Shown in pieces: positions 27,240-37,370 of a stretch of DNA of 55,755 nt; the first letter of the stretch is position 1; every line of letters begins with the position of its first letter. Under the pieces are notes generated by a model. It saw nothing but the letters and a program-made list of their open reading frames with translations, was not told where the DNA came from and searched no databases. The position numbers and the translations under genes are program-made. The stretch is from contig JAJYHZ010000001.1 in the NCBI GenBank assembly GCA_021796335.1, positions 1-55,755 on the forward strand. The letters run 5' to 3'. Source of the DNA: a bacterium (GTDB taxonomy: Bacteria; Patescibacteriota; Minisyncoccia; UBA6257; UBA9933).

Positions 27240-27965
27240 CTATGAACTATTTCCATTCTTCTTGATAATAATTTCCGAGAATCCTTCAGTCTGTTCCGCC
27301 TCGATTGCCTGTTCTCGCAATAAATGCAGCAGCGCCAAAAACATTACAATTATTTCTTTTTTAGATTTTTCTTTTATTAAATTTCCGAAATTGCTTATTC
27401 CGCTTGAAACTTTTTGGATTATTTCCTCTATTTTTTCCTCTAATTTTATCAAGGTTGTTTCAATCGTCTGGAATTCCAATGATATTTTTTTGAGATTTTC
27501 AAAAAGAGCGGTTAAGGAATTCGATAATAAAATTGGAGTCAAATTTTTTGGCGGATAAAAAATCGCTTTTCGTCCCAAAAGCAACGGTCTTGAGGCCATT
27601 TTGTTTTTATCCGCATACATTTCCTTGACCGAATTTATTGCCGGCTTAAATTGCTGATAAAAAGCCAGACGCATCTCCAAATCTTTTATATCCTCCTCCT
27701 CTTCTTGCGAAAGTTCCAGGGTGGGGAGCAGTGCTTTTGATTTTATTAATAGCAGCCGGGAAGCTACGACCAAGAAATCCGCCAAAAGGCGCACTTCTTG
27801 GTCTGTTTTTTGTCTTCCTTCGGATTTCAGTCCCTCCAGGTGTTTTAAAAAATCATCCGTGACCAAAGCCAAATTGACCTGAGTCACTTCGAGTTTTCTC
27901 TCTTCGATAAGTTCGAGTAATTTTTCAAGAGGGCCGCTGTATTGTTCTGTGTTGACGTTATACAT
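27240..27965 (-). CDS. scpA: segregation and condensation protein ScpA
   Basis: YSGPLEKLLELIE, LADFLVVASRLLLIKSKALLP, IIVMFLALLHL. Confidence 0.93.
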   Translation of the reverse strand: MYNVNTEQYSGPLEKLLELIEERKLEVTQVNLALVTDDFLKHLEGLKSEGRQKTDQEVRLLADFLVVASRLLLIKSKALLPTLELSQEEEEDIKDLEMRLAFYQQFKPAINSVKEMYADKNKMASRPLLLGRKAIFYPPKNLTPILLSNSLTALFENLKKISLEFQTIETTLIKLEEKIEEIIQKVSSGISNFGNLIKEKSKKEIIVMFLALLHLLREQAIEAEQTEGFSEIIIKKNGNSS

Positions 27966-27971
27966 CGATTT

Positions 27972-29252
27972 TTATAAATTATTGAAATCAATCTGTTCAA
28001 GCTGGCTGTTGTCTATGAAATAAAATAAGTTTGAATCCGGGCTGTAAACAAATGAAAAGTTTCCGTCCAAAAATCTATAAATATTGAGAGGCGCTCTGTC
28101 ATCTATTTCCATAAAATCAAAACCGTCTGAAAATTTTACGAAAAGATGATATGAATCTTTATACCATTCCATTGCTTGGACATCATCTTTATCTTCCAGG
28201 TTGAACCTTATGATATCTCCGGCTTTTTTTCGTATATCGCCGTCAAAATCTTTCAGAAATAAAATATTTATTTGCCCGTTTCGGTCTAGAAAAGCCAATT
28301 TTTTACTGTCAGGAGAAAAAGAAAAATCTTTTACGGCATCCCCGATTTTCTTAGTCGACTTATCATTAGGAGAATAAAGATACAGGTCGCCGTTATTTTC
28401 GGAAAAAGCGATTGTGCCGTCGCCGTTTGCTTTTATATCCGTCAGATTTGCCGTATTGATGCTTTTCGGTACAGTGGTTAAAATATTTTCATTTCTGAAA
28501 ACTAAATCAAATGAGGCCAAAACCAGTCCTCCTTTGGGATCATCGGACTTCCTAATATAAAAAAGCGTAGATCCCGTTCTGTTCCATATAATCGGCGTAA
28601 TTTTTATTAAATTATCATAAGTCAGCTCTTTAGTGTCGAACAGTTCTAATCCGCCCTGATCTTGAATGATCAACTGTGCCGGATTAAACGGCAAAATGGC
28701 CGCTTTTTTTATCTTTGTGCCTTTTTTAAGATTATTAAGCGCGCCGTTTATATTTAAAGTACTCGAAGCATCGTTTAGGTTATAAAGATATTCGGCTTTC
28801 GTCGCGGTGTTTCCCACCAAAAGATTTTTTGAGTCATTCGTAATGTCGGTAAAAATGTTGCCTTTAAGAAGGATTGACGGATTAATTTTTAACTTCTGAG
28901 GCAGAAGCACGACATTTAGAAATCTTGTAACCAGAGATGATTCCACTTCCGTTGTTTTGTAATAGGGCTGGTATCCTTCTTTGGAAATTTCAACTTTATA
29001 TGTTTTGGGAAGAAGGTTCGTTATTAGAGTTTCGCTTTGGATTATGTTTGAAGTATCCGGATAATCTTTATTGTTTATTTTTATATCCACTCCTCGGGGA
29101 GAAGTTCTTATCGAAATAGCTCCCGTTTTTTGGATTTTAAAATTATCGAAATTAATTCTCCATCCCATTGAGTAAAGAACGATTCCGGACCCGATTAGTA
29201 TAAACAATAAAAGAAAAAAGCCGAATAACAGCCTTCGTTTTGTAACACTCAT
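27972..29252 (-). CDS. membrane-anchored PEGA-domain / beta-propeller protein
   Basis: One TM, TGAISIRTSPRG...LLPKTYKVEISKEGY (PEGA), FSFSPDSKKLAF propeller repeats. Confidence 0.8.
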   Translation of the reverse strand: MSVTKRRLLFGFFLLLFILIGSGIVLYSMGWRINFDNFKIQKTGAISIRTSPRGVDIKINNKDYPDTSNIIQSETLITNLLPKTYKVEISKEGYQPYYKTTEVESSLVTRFLNVVLLPQKLKINPSILLKGNIFTDITNDSKNLLVGNTATKAEYLYNLNDASSTLNINGALNNLKKGTKIKKAAILPFNPAQLIIQDQGGLELFDTKELTYDNLIKITPIIWNRTGSTLFYIRKSDDPKGGLVLASFDLVFRNENILTTVPKSINTANLTDIKANGDGTIAFSENNGDLYLYSPNDKSTKKIGDAVKDFSFSPDSKKLAFLDRNGQINILFLKDFDGDIRKKAGDIIRFNLEDKDDVQAMEWYKDSYHLFVKFSDGFDFMEIDDRAPLNIYRFLDGNFSFVYSPDSNLFYFIDNSQLEQIDFNNL

Positions 29253-29348
29253 ATCAAATTATAATTATATATCAGAGGGAACGTTTTTATCAATCTAAGT
29301 AAAACTTCTCAAGTTGCTTTAAAATAGTTAGCTTATACAATTATAGTT

Positions 29349-29801
29349 ATGAAAATAAGACCGATAAAACAAAAAGAAATAAAATTTGCCTCCAAAATTG
29401 TGGGCAAGAACTACTCTAAAGAATACGAAAAGATAGCTTCCAAGGAAATTGGGGAAATGTTTAGAAATGTTATTACCAGGCCAAATTATATTGTTGCCGA
29501 AGAAAAAGGAGAAGTTCTTGGATTTGGCGGTTACATACAGTCTTGGATGGATTACAATGTCTATCATATTTTTTGGGTTAATGTCCGGCCGGATAAACAA
29601 AGAAAAGGAATCGGAACTGCGATTGTAAAAAAATTAATAGAAATAATCAATAATAAAAAAGCATTTATGATACTTTTGACAACTTCCAAGCCAAAATTTT
29701 ATGCCAAAAAATTTAAATTCAAAACCTTGGTTAAATTTAAAAATAATAAATATAATTTAATGGGACTGATTTTGAGAAAGAGTGATAACGTCATTGATTG
29801 A
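29349..29801 (+). CDS. GNAT family N-acetyltransferase
   Basis: VNVRPDKQRKGIG acetyl-CoA-binding motif A; FY...F.F motif B. Confidence 0.88.
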   Translation: MKIRPIKQKEIKFASKIVGKNYSKEYEKIASKEIGEMFRNVITRPNYIVAEEKGEVLGFGGYIQSWMDYNVYHIFWVNVRPDKQRKGIGTAIVKKLIEIINNKKAFMILLTTSKPKFYAKKFKFKTLVKFKNNKYNLMGLILRKSDNVID

Positions 29802-29875
29802 TAGCCTATAATAATATTGTTGAAATTTTTCCCGAATCCCTATATTCTAAATTCTATATTATAAATCCTATTTTT

Positions 29876-30883
29876 ATGTTTATTCGCAAAATTGGAATTG
29901 ATCTGGGGACTGCCAATACGATTGTATTTGTGCCGGGTCGAGGCTTTGTTATTAATGAGCCGACCATTGTCGCTTTAAGCGTGCCGGATAATACTGTGTT
30001 GGCTGTCGGGAAAGAAGCTAAGGAAATGATTGGCCGTACTCCCAGCGATATTCGCGCATATCAGCCGCTTCGCGAAGGCGTTATTGCCGATTATTACATA
30101 ACTAAGGCGATGCTCAGGTATTTCATTCGAAAGTCAGTCGGTTCTTTTAACGTTTCCAAGCCGGATGTCGTTATCTCCGTTCCTGCGGGAATAACTCAGA
30201 CGGAAAGACGGGCGGTTGTTAATGCCGCCAGAGAAGCGGGTGCCAAGGAGGCTTATATCGTCCGTGAGCCGATTCTGGCCGCTTTGGGAGCCGGAATTCC
30301 CATCAATTCCCATTCGGGAAATATGATTATCAATATTGGCGGCGGAACTTGCGAAGCCGCGGTTATTTCTCTCGGCGGAATTGTTTCCTGGTCGTCGCTT
30401 CGCATTGCCGGAAATAAATTCGACCAGGCAATCGTTGATTTCATTAAAAAGAAATATTCGCTTTCCATCGGCCAGCAAACCGCCGAATCCATTAAAATAA
30501 ATATCGGATCCGCAATGCCGACCAAAGAAAAAAAAACAATGGAAGTCCGCGGCCGCGATTTGATTTCCGGTTTGCCAAAAGATATCGTCATAAACTCCAA
30601 TGAGGTTGCCGAAGCGCTTCATCCTTATTTGCTGGATATTGCCGGCGCGGTCCAGAACGTTTTTAACGAAACGCCTCCCGAGCTGGTTGCCGACGTTATG
30701 GAAAAAGGGATCATTATTTCCGGCGGCGGCGCTCAGATTCCGCACTTGACCGAATTTTTCAAACGTATGCTCGGCGTCAATGCTTATGTCGCCGAAGAGC
30801 CGCTTTTCTGCGTCGCCAAAGGTGCCGGCTTGATTCTTACGCACCTTGAAGTTTATAAGAGAACTTTATTGAATAAGCGCTAA
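29876..30883 (+). CDS. mreB: rod shape-determining protein MreB
   Basis: IGIDLGTANT, EPTIVA, PLREGVIADY, NIGGGTCE, ISGGGA; ATG at 29876. Confidence 0.95.
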   Translation: MFIRKIGIDLGTANTIVFVPGRGFVINEPTIVALSVPDNTVLAVGKEAKEMIGRTPSDIRAYQPLREGVIADYYITKAMLRYFIRKSVGSFNVSKPDVVISVPAGITQTERRAVVNAAREAGAKEAYIVREPILAALGAGIPINSHSGNMIINIGGGTCEAAVISLGGIVSWSSLRIAGNKFDQAIVDFIKKKYSLSIGQQTAESIKINIGSAMPTKEKKTMEVRGRDLISGLPKDIVINSNEVAEALHPYLLDIAGAVQNVFNETPPELVADVMEKGIIISGGGAQIPHLTEFFKRMLGVNAYVAEEPLFCVAKGAGLILTHLEVYKRTLLNKR

Positions 30884-30919
30884 ATACGTTTGTTTAAATT
30901 TACAATTATCAATATCTAA

Positions 30920-31870
30920 ATGATAAATTCTTACCAGAAATCTTACGTAAATTTTTTATCAAAATATCTTAAGTCGCAGTCCTGCGACAAACTCAGGGAA
31001 AGAAGGCTAAAAGTAGTTTTTGACTGTTCTAATGGCAGTTCCGGAGAAGTAATCCGCCAGCTAACAACTAAGAACAAACAACTGGAAACTTTTATCATAA
31101 ATTCTATCCCCGATGGTAATTTTCCCAATCACAGCCCCAATCCGCTCGTTAAAAGTGCGACAAGCCAATTACGCGAAGAAGTTTTTAAAAGAAAATCTGA
31201 TGTTGGAATTATTTTCGATGGCGATGGAGATAGGATGTGTCTGGTCGATAACAAAGGCAGATTTGTCGAAACCGATGTCACGGCTGCGCTTTTAGTCTGG
31301 CATTTAAAGCCGAAAAAAATCGTAATCGATAGTACAATCGGCTGGTCTTTAAATAAATCATTGTCTAAAAATTGCCGGGTGTATGAAAGCCCCGTGGGTG
31401 ATTTTCATCTGCTAAATTCAATGGAAAAATATTCCGCTGATTTCGGCTGCGAACATTCCGGTCACTATTATTTCAAAATAAAAAAATCAAAAAATAATTT
31501 TTATCTCAATTCCGGAATTTTGGGGGCGCTTCACGCCATTAATGCCGTTTCCCGACTGCCGTATAAGTTATCTGATTTTGTTGATCTGCTTCCAAAATAT
31601 TTTAGGAAAGAAGTCAATATAAAAATCAATGGAAAAAATAATTTTGGAGACTTATCAAAAAAAATTGAAAGTTTTTTCCTAAATCCCAAATCCTATATTC
31701 TAAATTCTGCCCATATCGACGGTTTGAAAATGGAGTTCCAATTTCCCAATCCGTGGTGGTTCAGTATAAGGCCTTCGAATACAGAGCCTCTTATTCGCGT
31801 CAGTATCGAATCTGAAAATAAAAAAACTTTGGAAACAAATCTCAATAAAATTATGGCATTGATCAGATAA
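30920..31870 (+). CDS. phosphomannomutase/phosphoglucomutase-like protein lacking domain I
   Basis: DCSNG, PDGNFPNHSPNP, FDGDGDR (metal loop), GCEHSGH (sugar loop), RPSNTEPLIR; no TASHNP catalytic-Ser motif. Confidence 0.85.
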   Translation: MINSYQKSYVNFLSKYLKSQSCDKLRERRLKVVFDCSNGSSGEVIRQLTTKNKQLETFIINSIPDGNFPNHSPNPLVKSATSQLREEVFKRKSDVGIIFDGDGDRMCLVDNKGRFVETDVTAALLVWHLKPKKIVIDSTIGWSLNKSLSKNCRVYESPVGDFHLLNSMEKYSADFGCEHSGHYYFKIKKSKNNFYLNSGILGALHAINAVSRLPYKLSDFVDLLPKYFRKEVNIKINGKNNFGDLSKKIESFFLNPKSYILNSAHIDGLKMEFQFPNPWWFSIRPSNTEPLIRVSIESENKKTLETNLNKIMALIR

Positions 31871-31953
31871 CGATTTCATTTATTTTTAATCCGTCTTCAC
31901 GGAATTTTTCGATCGTCCACTCGCTTAAAATGCCTGCGTGTTATAGTTTTTAT

Positions 31954-31999
31954 TTGCCAATCGTATATTTTAACGATCGTCAGGATATACGATTGGCAA
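31954..31999. repeat. 15-bp perfect inverted repeat in a 420-bp intergenic region
   Basis: TTGCCAATCGTATAT (31954-31968) / ATATACGATTGGCAA (31985-31999). Confidence 0.8.
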
Positions 32000-32290
32000 G
32001 AATATGTTTAATCCGCTCCACTGGATTTCCCAGTCTATTAAGAAGACAGGGCAAGCCGTATTAACTTCTTACAAAAAGGTATACAAATTTAACGATCGTT
32101 GAAATTGCATACTTTTTAATTATGAAATTTCATAATTAAAAATGTTAGATTTATTATTCACGAATCCCATATCCTAATTTCCAATTTCTATATCCTGATT
32201 ACTCCGGCACTTGAAAAATAAAGCAAAAACCTGTTTAAATTAGTAAAGAGTTGAATACGGCGGATAAATCCGTACACTTGAACTCATTTA

Positions 32291-32770
32291 ATGGAGCATC
32301 TTTTTTTTGACCATTCCGGCAAAAAACTTAAAATTCAGGAAATCGTTTTCGAAATGGCAGCTTTCATGAAGGAGGATGAAAGGCGTCGGTACAGAATTAC
32401 CGTTGGCACGGATTCCCAAAGACTGGAAGACAATACCGCGGAATTCGCGACTGCCATTGTCATCCATCGCATAGGTAACGGCGCCCGATACTTTTGGAAA
32501 CGTCATGAAATCGGCAAATTTTTTACCCTTCGCGACCGCATAATCCAGGAGGCTTTATATTCCATCGATATCGCAAAAGAAATTTTAACTGCGCTGAAAA
32601 AGGCGGATACGCCGCTGTTCAGCTTTGAAGTTCACGTCGATGTCGGAGAAAAAGGGGAAACCAAAGCCGTTATTCAGGAAGTTACCGGCATGGTAACTGC
32701 CAACAATTTTCAGGTAAGGATTAAACCGAATAGTTATGCCGCCAGCAATGTCGCTGACCGTCATGTGTAA
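32291..32770 (+). CDS. RNase H-like YkuK/DUF458 family protein
   Basis: ITVGTDSQ, FATAIVIHRIGNG, EVHVDVG, YAASNVAD. Confidence 0.85.
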   Translation: MEHLFFDHSGKKLKIQEIVFEMAAFMKEDERRRYRITVGTDSQRLEDNTAEFATAIVIHRIGNGARYFWKRHEIGKFFTLRDRIIQEALYSIDIAKEILTALKKADTPLFSFEVHVDVGEKGETKAVIQEVTGMVTANNFQVRIKPNSYAASNVADRHV

Positions 32771-32846
32771 ATAAAACTAATAGAAGAAACTAATTGCTAA
32801 TCGCCGAATAATTATGCGCGATAAGCGAATTACCATTTGCAATTCT

Positions 32847-33419
32847 ATGAAAGACTTTGTTGTTATAGATATAGAAACTAAAAACACCTTTTTCGACGTA
32901 GGAAGGGATAATTTTGACAAGCTGGAAGTTTCTTTCGTCGGCGCTTATTCTTACGCGCAAAACAAATATTTTTCTTTCTTCGAAAATGAAATGGATGAAG
33001 CTGAAGAATTTTTTAAAAATGCCGGATTAATTGTCGGTTTCAGCATTAATCGCTTCGACGTTCCGGTTTTAAAAAAACATTTTGATCTTTTTCCGGTTCG
33101 GCGCTTTGATATTCTAGATGAAATAGAAATGCAGCTTGGCAGGCGAATCAGCCTGAATCTTCTAGCTAAGACCAATTTAGGAGTCCAAAAAACCCATCAC
33201 GGCCTTGAAGCTCCCATCTTATATAAAGACGGCAAATTCGACGAACTGCGCGATTACTGTCTCAATGATGTTAAAATAACCAAAGAACTTTACGACCTTG
33301 CTAAAAAACGGGGATTTTTATTGGTTCCTATTAAGGGCTGCGATGAATTCGAAAAGGCTTTTTTTAATTTTGCCGGCACGCTTTTCGCTGTTTGCTTCAT
33401 TTTATTTTTCGTTGTGTAA
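32847..33419 (+). CDS. RNase H-like / DEDD-type exonuclease domain protein
   Basis: VIDIETKN, VGFSINRFD, RISLNLLA, YCLNDV. Confidence 0.85.
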   Translation: MKDFVVIDIETKNTFFDVGRDNFDKLEVSFVGAYSYAQNKYFSFFENEMDEAEEFFKNAGLIVGFSINRFDVPVLKKHFDLFPVRRFDILDEIEMQLGRRISLNLLAKTNLGVQKTHHGLEAPILYKDGKFDELRDYCLNDVKITKELYDLAKKRGFLLVPIKGCDEFEKAFFNFAGTLFAVCFILFFVV

Positions 33420-33878
33420 AACACCTCTATTATTGTCTGTCACTAATCATAAATAAAACAATAGTAGACGGCTAGTTTGCGGATAGTCGGTATAGTTCGA
33501 ATTACTTCTCTATGGAAAAGCAATTCGGGCAAGCGAAGTATAATAAATAAAGCGATTCGCTGAAGTGGAGGAATATTCATGCAATTTTATGCAGAGCTAA
33601 ATGCCGCCGCCATAGAGCCGTGGAAATTCACTTCGCAACCCAAAATACTCCGTTCACAAACGCAGAAATAAACGGTTTAAATATAAAAAACGAATAAATT
33701 TATCAGCCGATCTTGATTTAATTTCTTAAAGTTGGTATTTTATTTTTTAATAAATTCCGCATATAACTTCTGACAATTTATTGTGGATATTTATGAATTT
33801 TAATTTATTTAAAAAACTTCGCATTTGGAATTACTAAATATTTTAATCAGTATTTCCAATTAGGAAGTTATGTAATGG

Positions 33879-35147
33879 ATGAAAAAATATCCGGGAAGAT
33901 ATTTATCGATCATTATAATTATAGCCGTTGCGGCGCTTATTTTTATCTGGCCGTTTCCAAAACCGGTCGGCTTAAATAATTTCAGCAAAAATAACGGTCC
34001 CTGGAGATTAGGGTTGGATCTTGTGGGAGGGACTCATTTGGTTTACGACGTTGACATGAGCCAGGTTGCGGCAGGAGACCGCGATTCCGTGATGAACGGA
34101 CTGAAAGACGTTATTGAAAAACGGGTCAATTTGTTCGGAGTCAGTGAACCGCAGGTTGTTACGGCCAATCAGGGAGGAAATTACCGGCTTATTGTAGATC
34201 TTGCCGGAGTTAAGAATATCAGTTCCGCCTTGAATGAAATCGGAGCCACTCCGTTTTTGGATTTTCGGTTGGTTTCCGGGACCGGCACGTCCACTCAGTA
34301 TATTCCAACCGGCATTACTGGACGATATCTTACAAGCGCGACAATGGATTTCGACCAAACCACCGGCTTGCCGTTTTTAAGCCTGACGTTTAATGGTGAC
34401 GGCGCAAAACTATTTGAAAATATGACCGCTCAGAATGTCGGAAAAGTTCTTTGTACTTTTATCGATAATCAGCCGACTGATTGCGCCACCATTCAGGAAA
34501 AGATTCCCGGAGGGCATGCGCGGATAACGGGGAACTTTACAACCGACCAGGTTCAAGCAATGGCTGCCCGCTTTAATGCCGGAGCTTTACCCGCTCCGAT
34601 AAAACTTAACAGTCAGCAGACTATCGGCGCCAGCTTGGGTCAAGAATCACTTAAAAAAGCGGTTTTTGCCGGAATCATCGGGACTCTTGCGGTTCTTTTG
34701 TTTATGCTTTTATATTACCGCCGCTTTGGAATTTACGCAGATATGGCTTTGATTATTTATATTATTCTGACCGCTGCCATCTTCAAACTTTTTGTTACTA
34801 TGAGTCTTGCAGGTATTGCCGGTTATATTTTGTCTATTGGCATGGCTGTTGACGCCAATATCCTCATCTTTGAAAGGACAAAAGAAGAAATTAAAAAAGG
34901 CTTATCAAAAGCGGCTGCGGTCGAGGAAGGTTTTCGCCGAGCTTGGCCGTCCATCCGCGATTCGAATTCCTCGACTTTGATCACCGCCGCGATTCTATAT
35001 TTCTTCACCTCCAGTTTTGTAAAAGGATTTGCTTTGACGCTTGGCATCGGTGTTTTGGTCAGTATGTTCTCGGCAATCACAATCACAAGATTATTGATGC
35101 GAGTATTCAGTAGTAAAAGTGATGTGAATTCACTTGCTACCCACTAA
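33879..35147 (+). CDS. secD: protein translocase subunit SecD
   Basis: LGLDLVGG, IEKRVNLFGVSEP, GALPAP, IGASLG, GMAVDANILIFER, SIRDSN. Confidence 0.96.
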   Translation: MKKYPGRYLSIIIIIAVAALIFIWPFPKPVGLNNFSKNNGPWRLGLDLVGGTHLVYDVDMSQVAAGDRDSVMNGLKDVIEKRVNLFGVSEPQVVTANQGGNYRLIVDLAGVKNISSALNEIGATPFLDFRLVSGTGTSTQYIPTGITGRYLTSATMDFDQTTGLPFLSLTFNGDGAKLFENMTAQNVGKVLCTFIDNQPTDCATIQEKIPGGHARITGNFTTDQVQAMAARFNAGALPAPIKLNSQQTIGASLGQESLKKAVFAGIIGTLAVLLFMLLYYRRFGIYADMALIIYIILTAAIFKLFVTMSLAGIAGYILSIGMAVDANILIFERTKEEIKKGLSKAAAVEEGFRRAWPSIRDSNSSTLITAAILYFFTSSFVKGFALTLGIGVLVSMFSAITITRLLMRVFSSKSDVNSLATH

Positions 35148-35186
35148 TAAATAACAACTATTAACTAACAACTAATCATTGTTCCT

Positions 35187-36080
35187 ATGAACATCATCGG
35201 CCACAAAAAAATATTTCTGACATTTTCCGGGATTCTGGTTCTTGCCAGTATTCTTGCAATCGCAATTTTCGGTTTCAGGACAGGGATCGATTTCAAAGGA
35301 GGAACTTTGTGGCAAATTAAATTTAACCAAACCGTAACCGAAAGCGAGATTCAGAATGTTTTTATCAGCGATCTTAAAGTAAAAGACGCGACGATTTATC
35401 CTTCTGATAACGGCAGTTACCTGATTCGTTTGGGAAATATTTCAGAAAAAGACCACCAAAACTTCAAAAATATTCTCAGTCAAAAATTCAATGGGTTGGA
35501 TGAGCTTCAATACCAGTCAATCGGTCCCACGATCGGGGATGAATTGAGACATAACGCTTATTGGGCGATTATTTTGGTACTTTTGGGAATTTCCCTTTAT
35601 GTCGCCTATGCGTTTCGTAAGGTTTCTTATCCGATTAAATCATGGAAGTACGGAATAATTACACTCGGAACCTTATTCCACGATGTCATTGTGCCTGCGG
35701 GACTGTTGGCTGTTCTGGGCTGGAAACTCGGAATAGAAGTGGATAGTAATTTCGTTGTGGCGCTTTTGGTTGTAATGGGTTTTTCCGTGCATGACACCAT
35801 TGTCGTATTCGACAGAATCAGAGAAAATCTGCTGAATCAAAAAGGGAAATCCGAATTTTCGGAAATTGTTAATACCAGCGTCAATCAGACTTTGGCCAGA
35901 TCGATAAACACGTCTTTGGCCTTGATTTTGGTGCTTTTGGCCATGTTTTTCTTCGGTCCGACCACATTAAAATATTTCATCCTAACCATTTTAGTTGGAA
36001 CAACTGTGGGGACATATTCGTCGATTTTCGTCGCCAGCCCTCTATTGACAATTTGGCAAAAATTTAGTAAAGTTAAATAA
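35187..36080 (+). CDS. secF: protein translocase subunit SecF
   Basis: GIDFKGG, IGPTIG, GFSVHDTIVVFDRIREN, GTYSSIFVASP. Confidence 0.96.
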   Translation: MNIIGHKKIFLTFSGILVLASILAIAIFGFRTGIDFKGGTLWQIKFNQTVTESEIQNVFISDLKVKDATIYPSDNGSYLIRLGNISEKDHQNFKNILSQKFNGLDELQYQSIGPTIGDELRHNAYWAIILVLLGISLYVAYAFRKVSYPIKSWKYGIITLGTLFHDVIVPAGLLAVLGWKLGIEVDSNFVVALLVVMGFSVHDTIVVFDRIRENLLNQKGKSEFSEIVNTSVNQTLARSINTSLALILVLLAMFFFGPTTLKYFILTILVGTTVGTYSSIFVASPLLTIWQKFSKVK

Positions 36081-36176
36081 TATAATTTATATACAGGCGG
36101 AAATTAATTGAAGATCTTTCTCTTGCTATAACGCATAATATATGTTATAGAAATATAAATAATTTAGATTTGAACT

Positions 36177-37205
36177 ATGACCAAATTAAGCCAGATAGTC
36201 AACAACTTAACGAAAAATCTGACTTCTCGCCAAAAGGAATTTTTAGAGGAGCGCTTCGGAGTCAGGGACGGCCAAAAGAAAACCCTTCAGGAATTGGGTG
36301 ATCGTTACAATATCACTCGTGAAAGAGTCAGGCAGATAGAATCCGAAGGATTAAAAATCGCAAAAGAAAATTTCAAAAAAGGCGACGCGGGTAAAATCGC
36401 TTTTGTCGCAAAAAATCATTTGGAAGTCGTCGGAGGTATTCAGAAAGAAGATAATTTTATTGAAAATTTAAAGCATATTTTAAAAGACGAAAGCTTGAAT
36501 AAATATCAGGCGAGGCTTTTGTTCGAAATTTCCGGCCAGCCTTTCTTTTCTCCCGAAAATGATGATTTCCATAATTTTTGGTATACCGATAAAAGCGTTT
36601 TGAAAAAGGCGGGTTCGTTTATCGATAAAGCGGGCAAAACTTTTTCCAAAAGCAAAGAACAGCTTATTTTCCAGAATAAAGCCGGAGAAATTATGGCCGG
36701 CTTGATAAGTTCGGCAAGCCTTGATGATTTTTCAGCTTCCAATTATTTAGCCGTTTCCAAAAAATTCGGCATTAATCCCTACAACGATTTCGGCTTGAGC
36801 GAATGGGAAGAAATAAACCCCAAAACTGCCAGAGCTAAAGCTTACTTGGTTTTAAAAAAACACGGCAAACCGCTTCATTTTCGGGATATAGCTTCTACGA
36901 TCAATAAAACAGGATTCAATCATAAGACTGTTTATCCGCAAACGATTCACAATGAGCTGATCAAGGATAATAGGTTTGTTTTGGTTGGACGCGGAATTTA
37001 TGCGCTTCGGGAACAAGGATATTATCCGGGTACGGCCAAGGAAGTGATTCAAAAAATATTGAAAGAAAATGGGCCTTTACTTCAGCAGGAGATAATTGAA
37101 ACAATCGCCAAGCAAAGATTTTTAAAGGAAAATACGATTCTTTTAAATCTCCAGAATAAAAAATATTTCAAACGGCTCCCCAATGGCCGTTACCACATTG
37201 CTTAA
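36177..37205 (+). CDS. sigma-70 region 4 HTH fused to HARE-HTH/RpoE(delta)-like winged-helix domains
   Basis: RFG...TLQELGDRYNITRERVRQIE at the N-terminus; GKPLHFRDIA, QTIHNELIKDNRFVLVGRGIYAL toward the C-terminus. Confidence 0.8.
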   Translation: MTKLSQIVNNLTKNLTSRQKEFLEERFGVRDGQKKTLQELGDRYNITRERVRQIESEGLKIAKENFKKGDAGKIAFVAKNHLEVVGGIQKEDNFIENLKHILKDESLNKYQARLLFEISGQPFFSPENDDFHNFWYTDKSVLKKAGSFIDKAGKTFSKSKEQLIFQNKAGEIMAGLISSASLDDFSASNYLAVSKKFGINPYNDFGLSEWEEINPKTARAKAYLVLKKHGKPLHFRDIASTINKTGFNHKTVYPQTIHNELIKDNRFVLVGRGIYALREQGYYPGTAKEVIQKILKENGPLLQQEIIETIAKQRFLKENTILLNLQNKKYFKRLPNGRYHIA

Positions 37206-37210
37206 ATCTG

Positions 37211-37240
37211 AAAACCGTCCGCCACGGCGGACGGTTTTTT
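37211..37240 (+). terminator. intrinsic terminator
   Basis: AAAACCGTCCGCC-AC-GGCGGACGGTTTT plus T-run. Confidence 0.8.
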
Positions 37241-37370
37241 TGTCAACCAGGAAACCCCGGGCGCAGCGAAGCGGAACCCGGAAAGGGGGTCATTAAAAAC
37301 GATTCGATATCTTGTGAATTTTCGGCTTAATGGTAAAATTCAATTATAATTTGAACGTGCATTTAAAATT

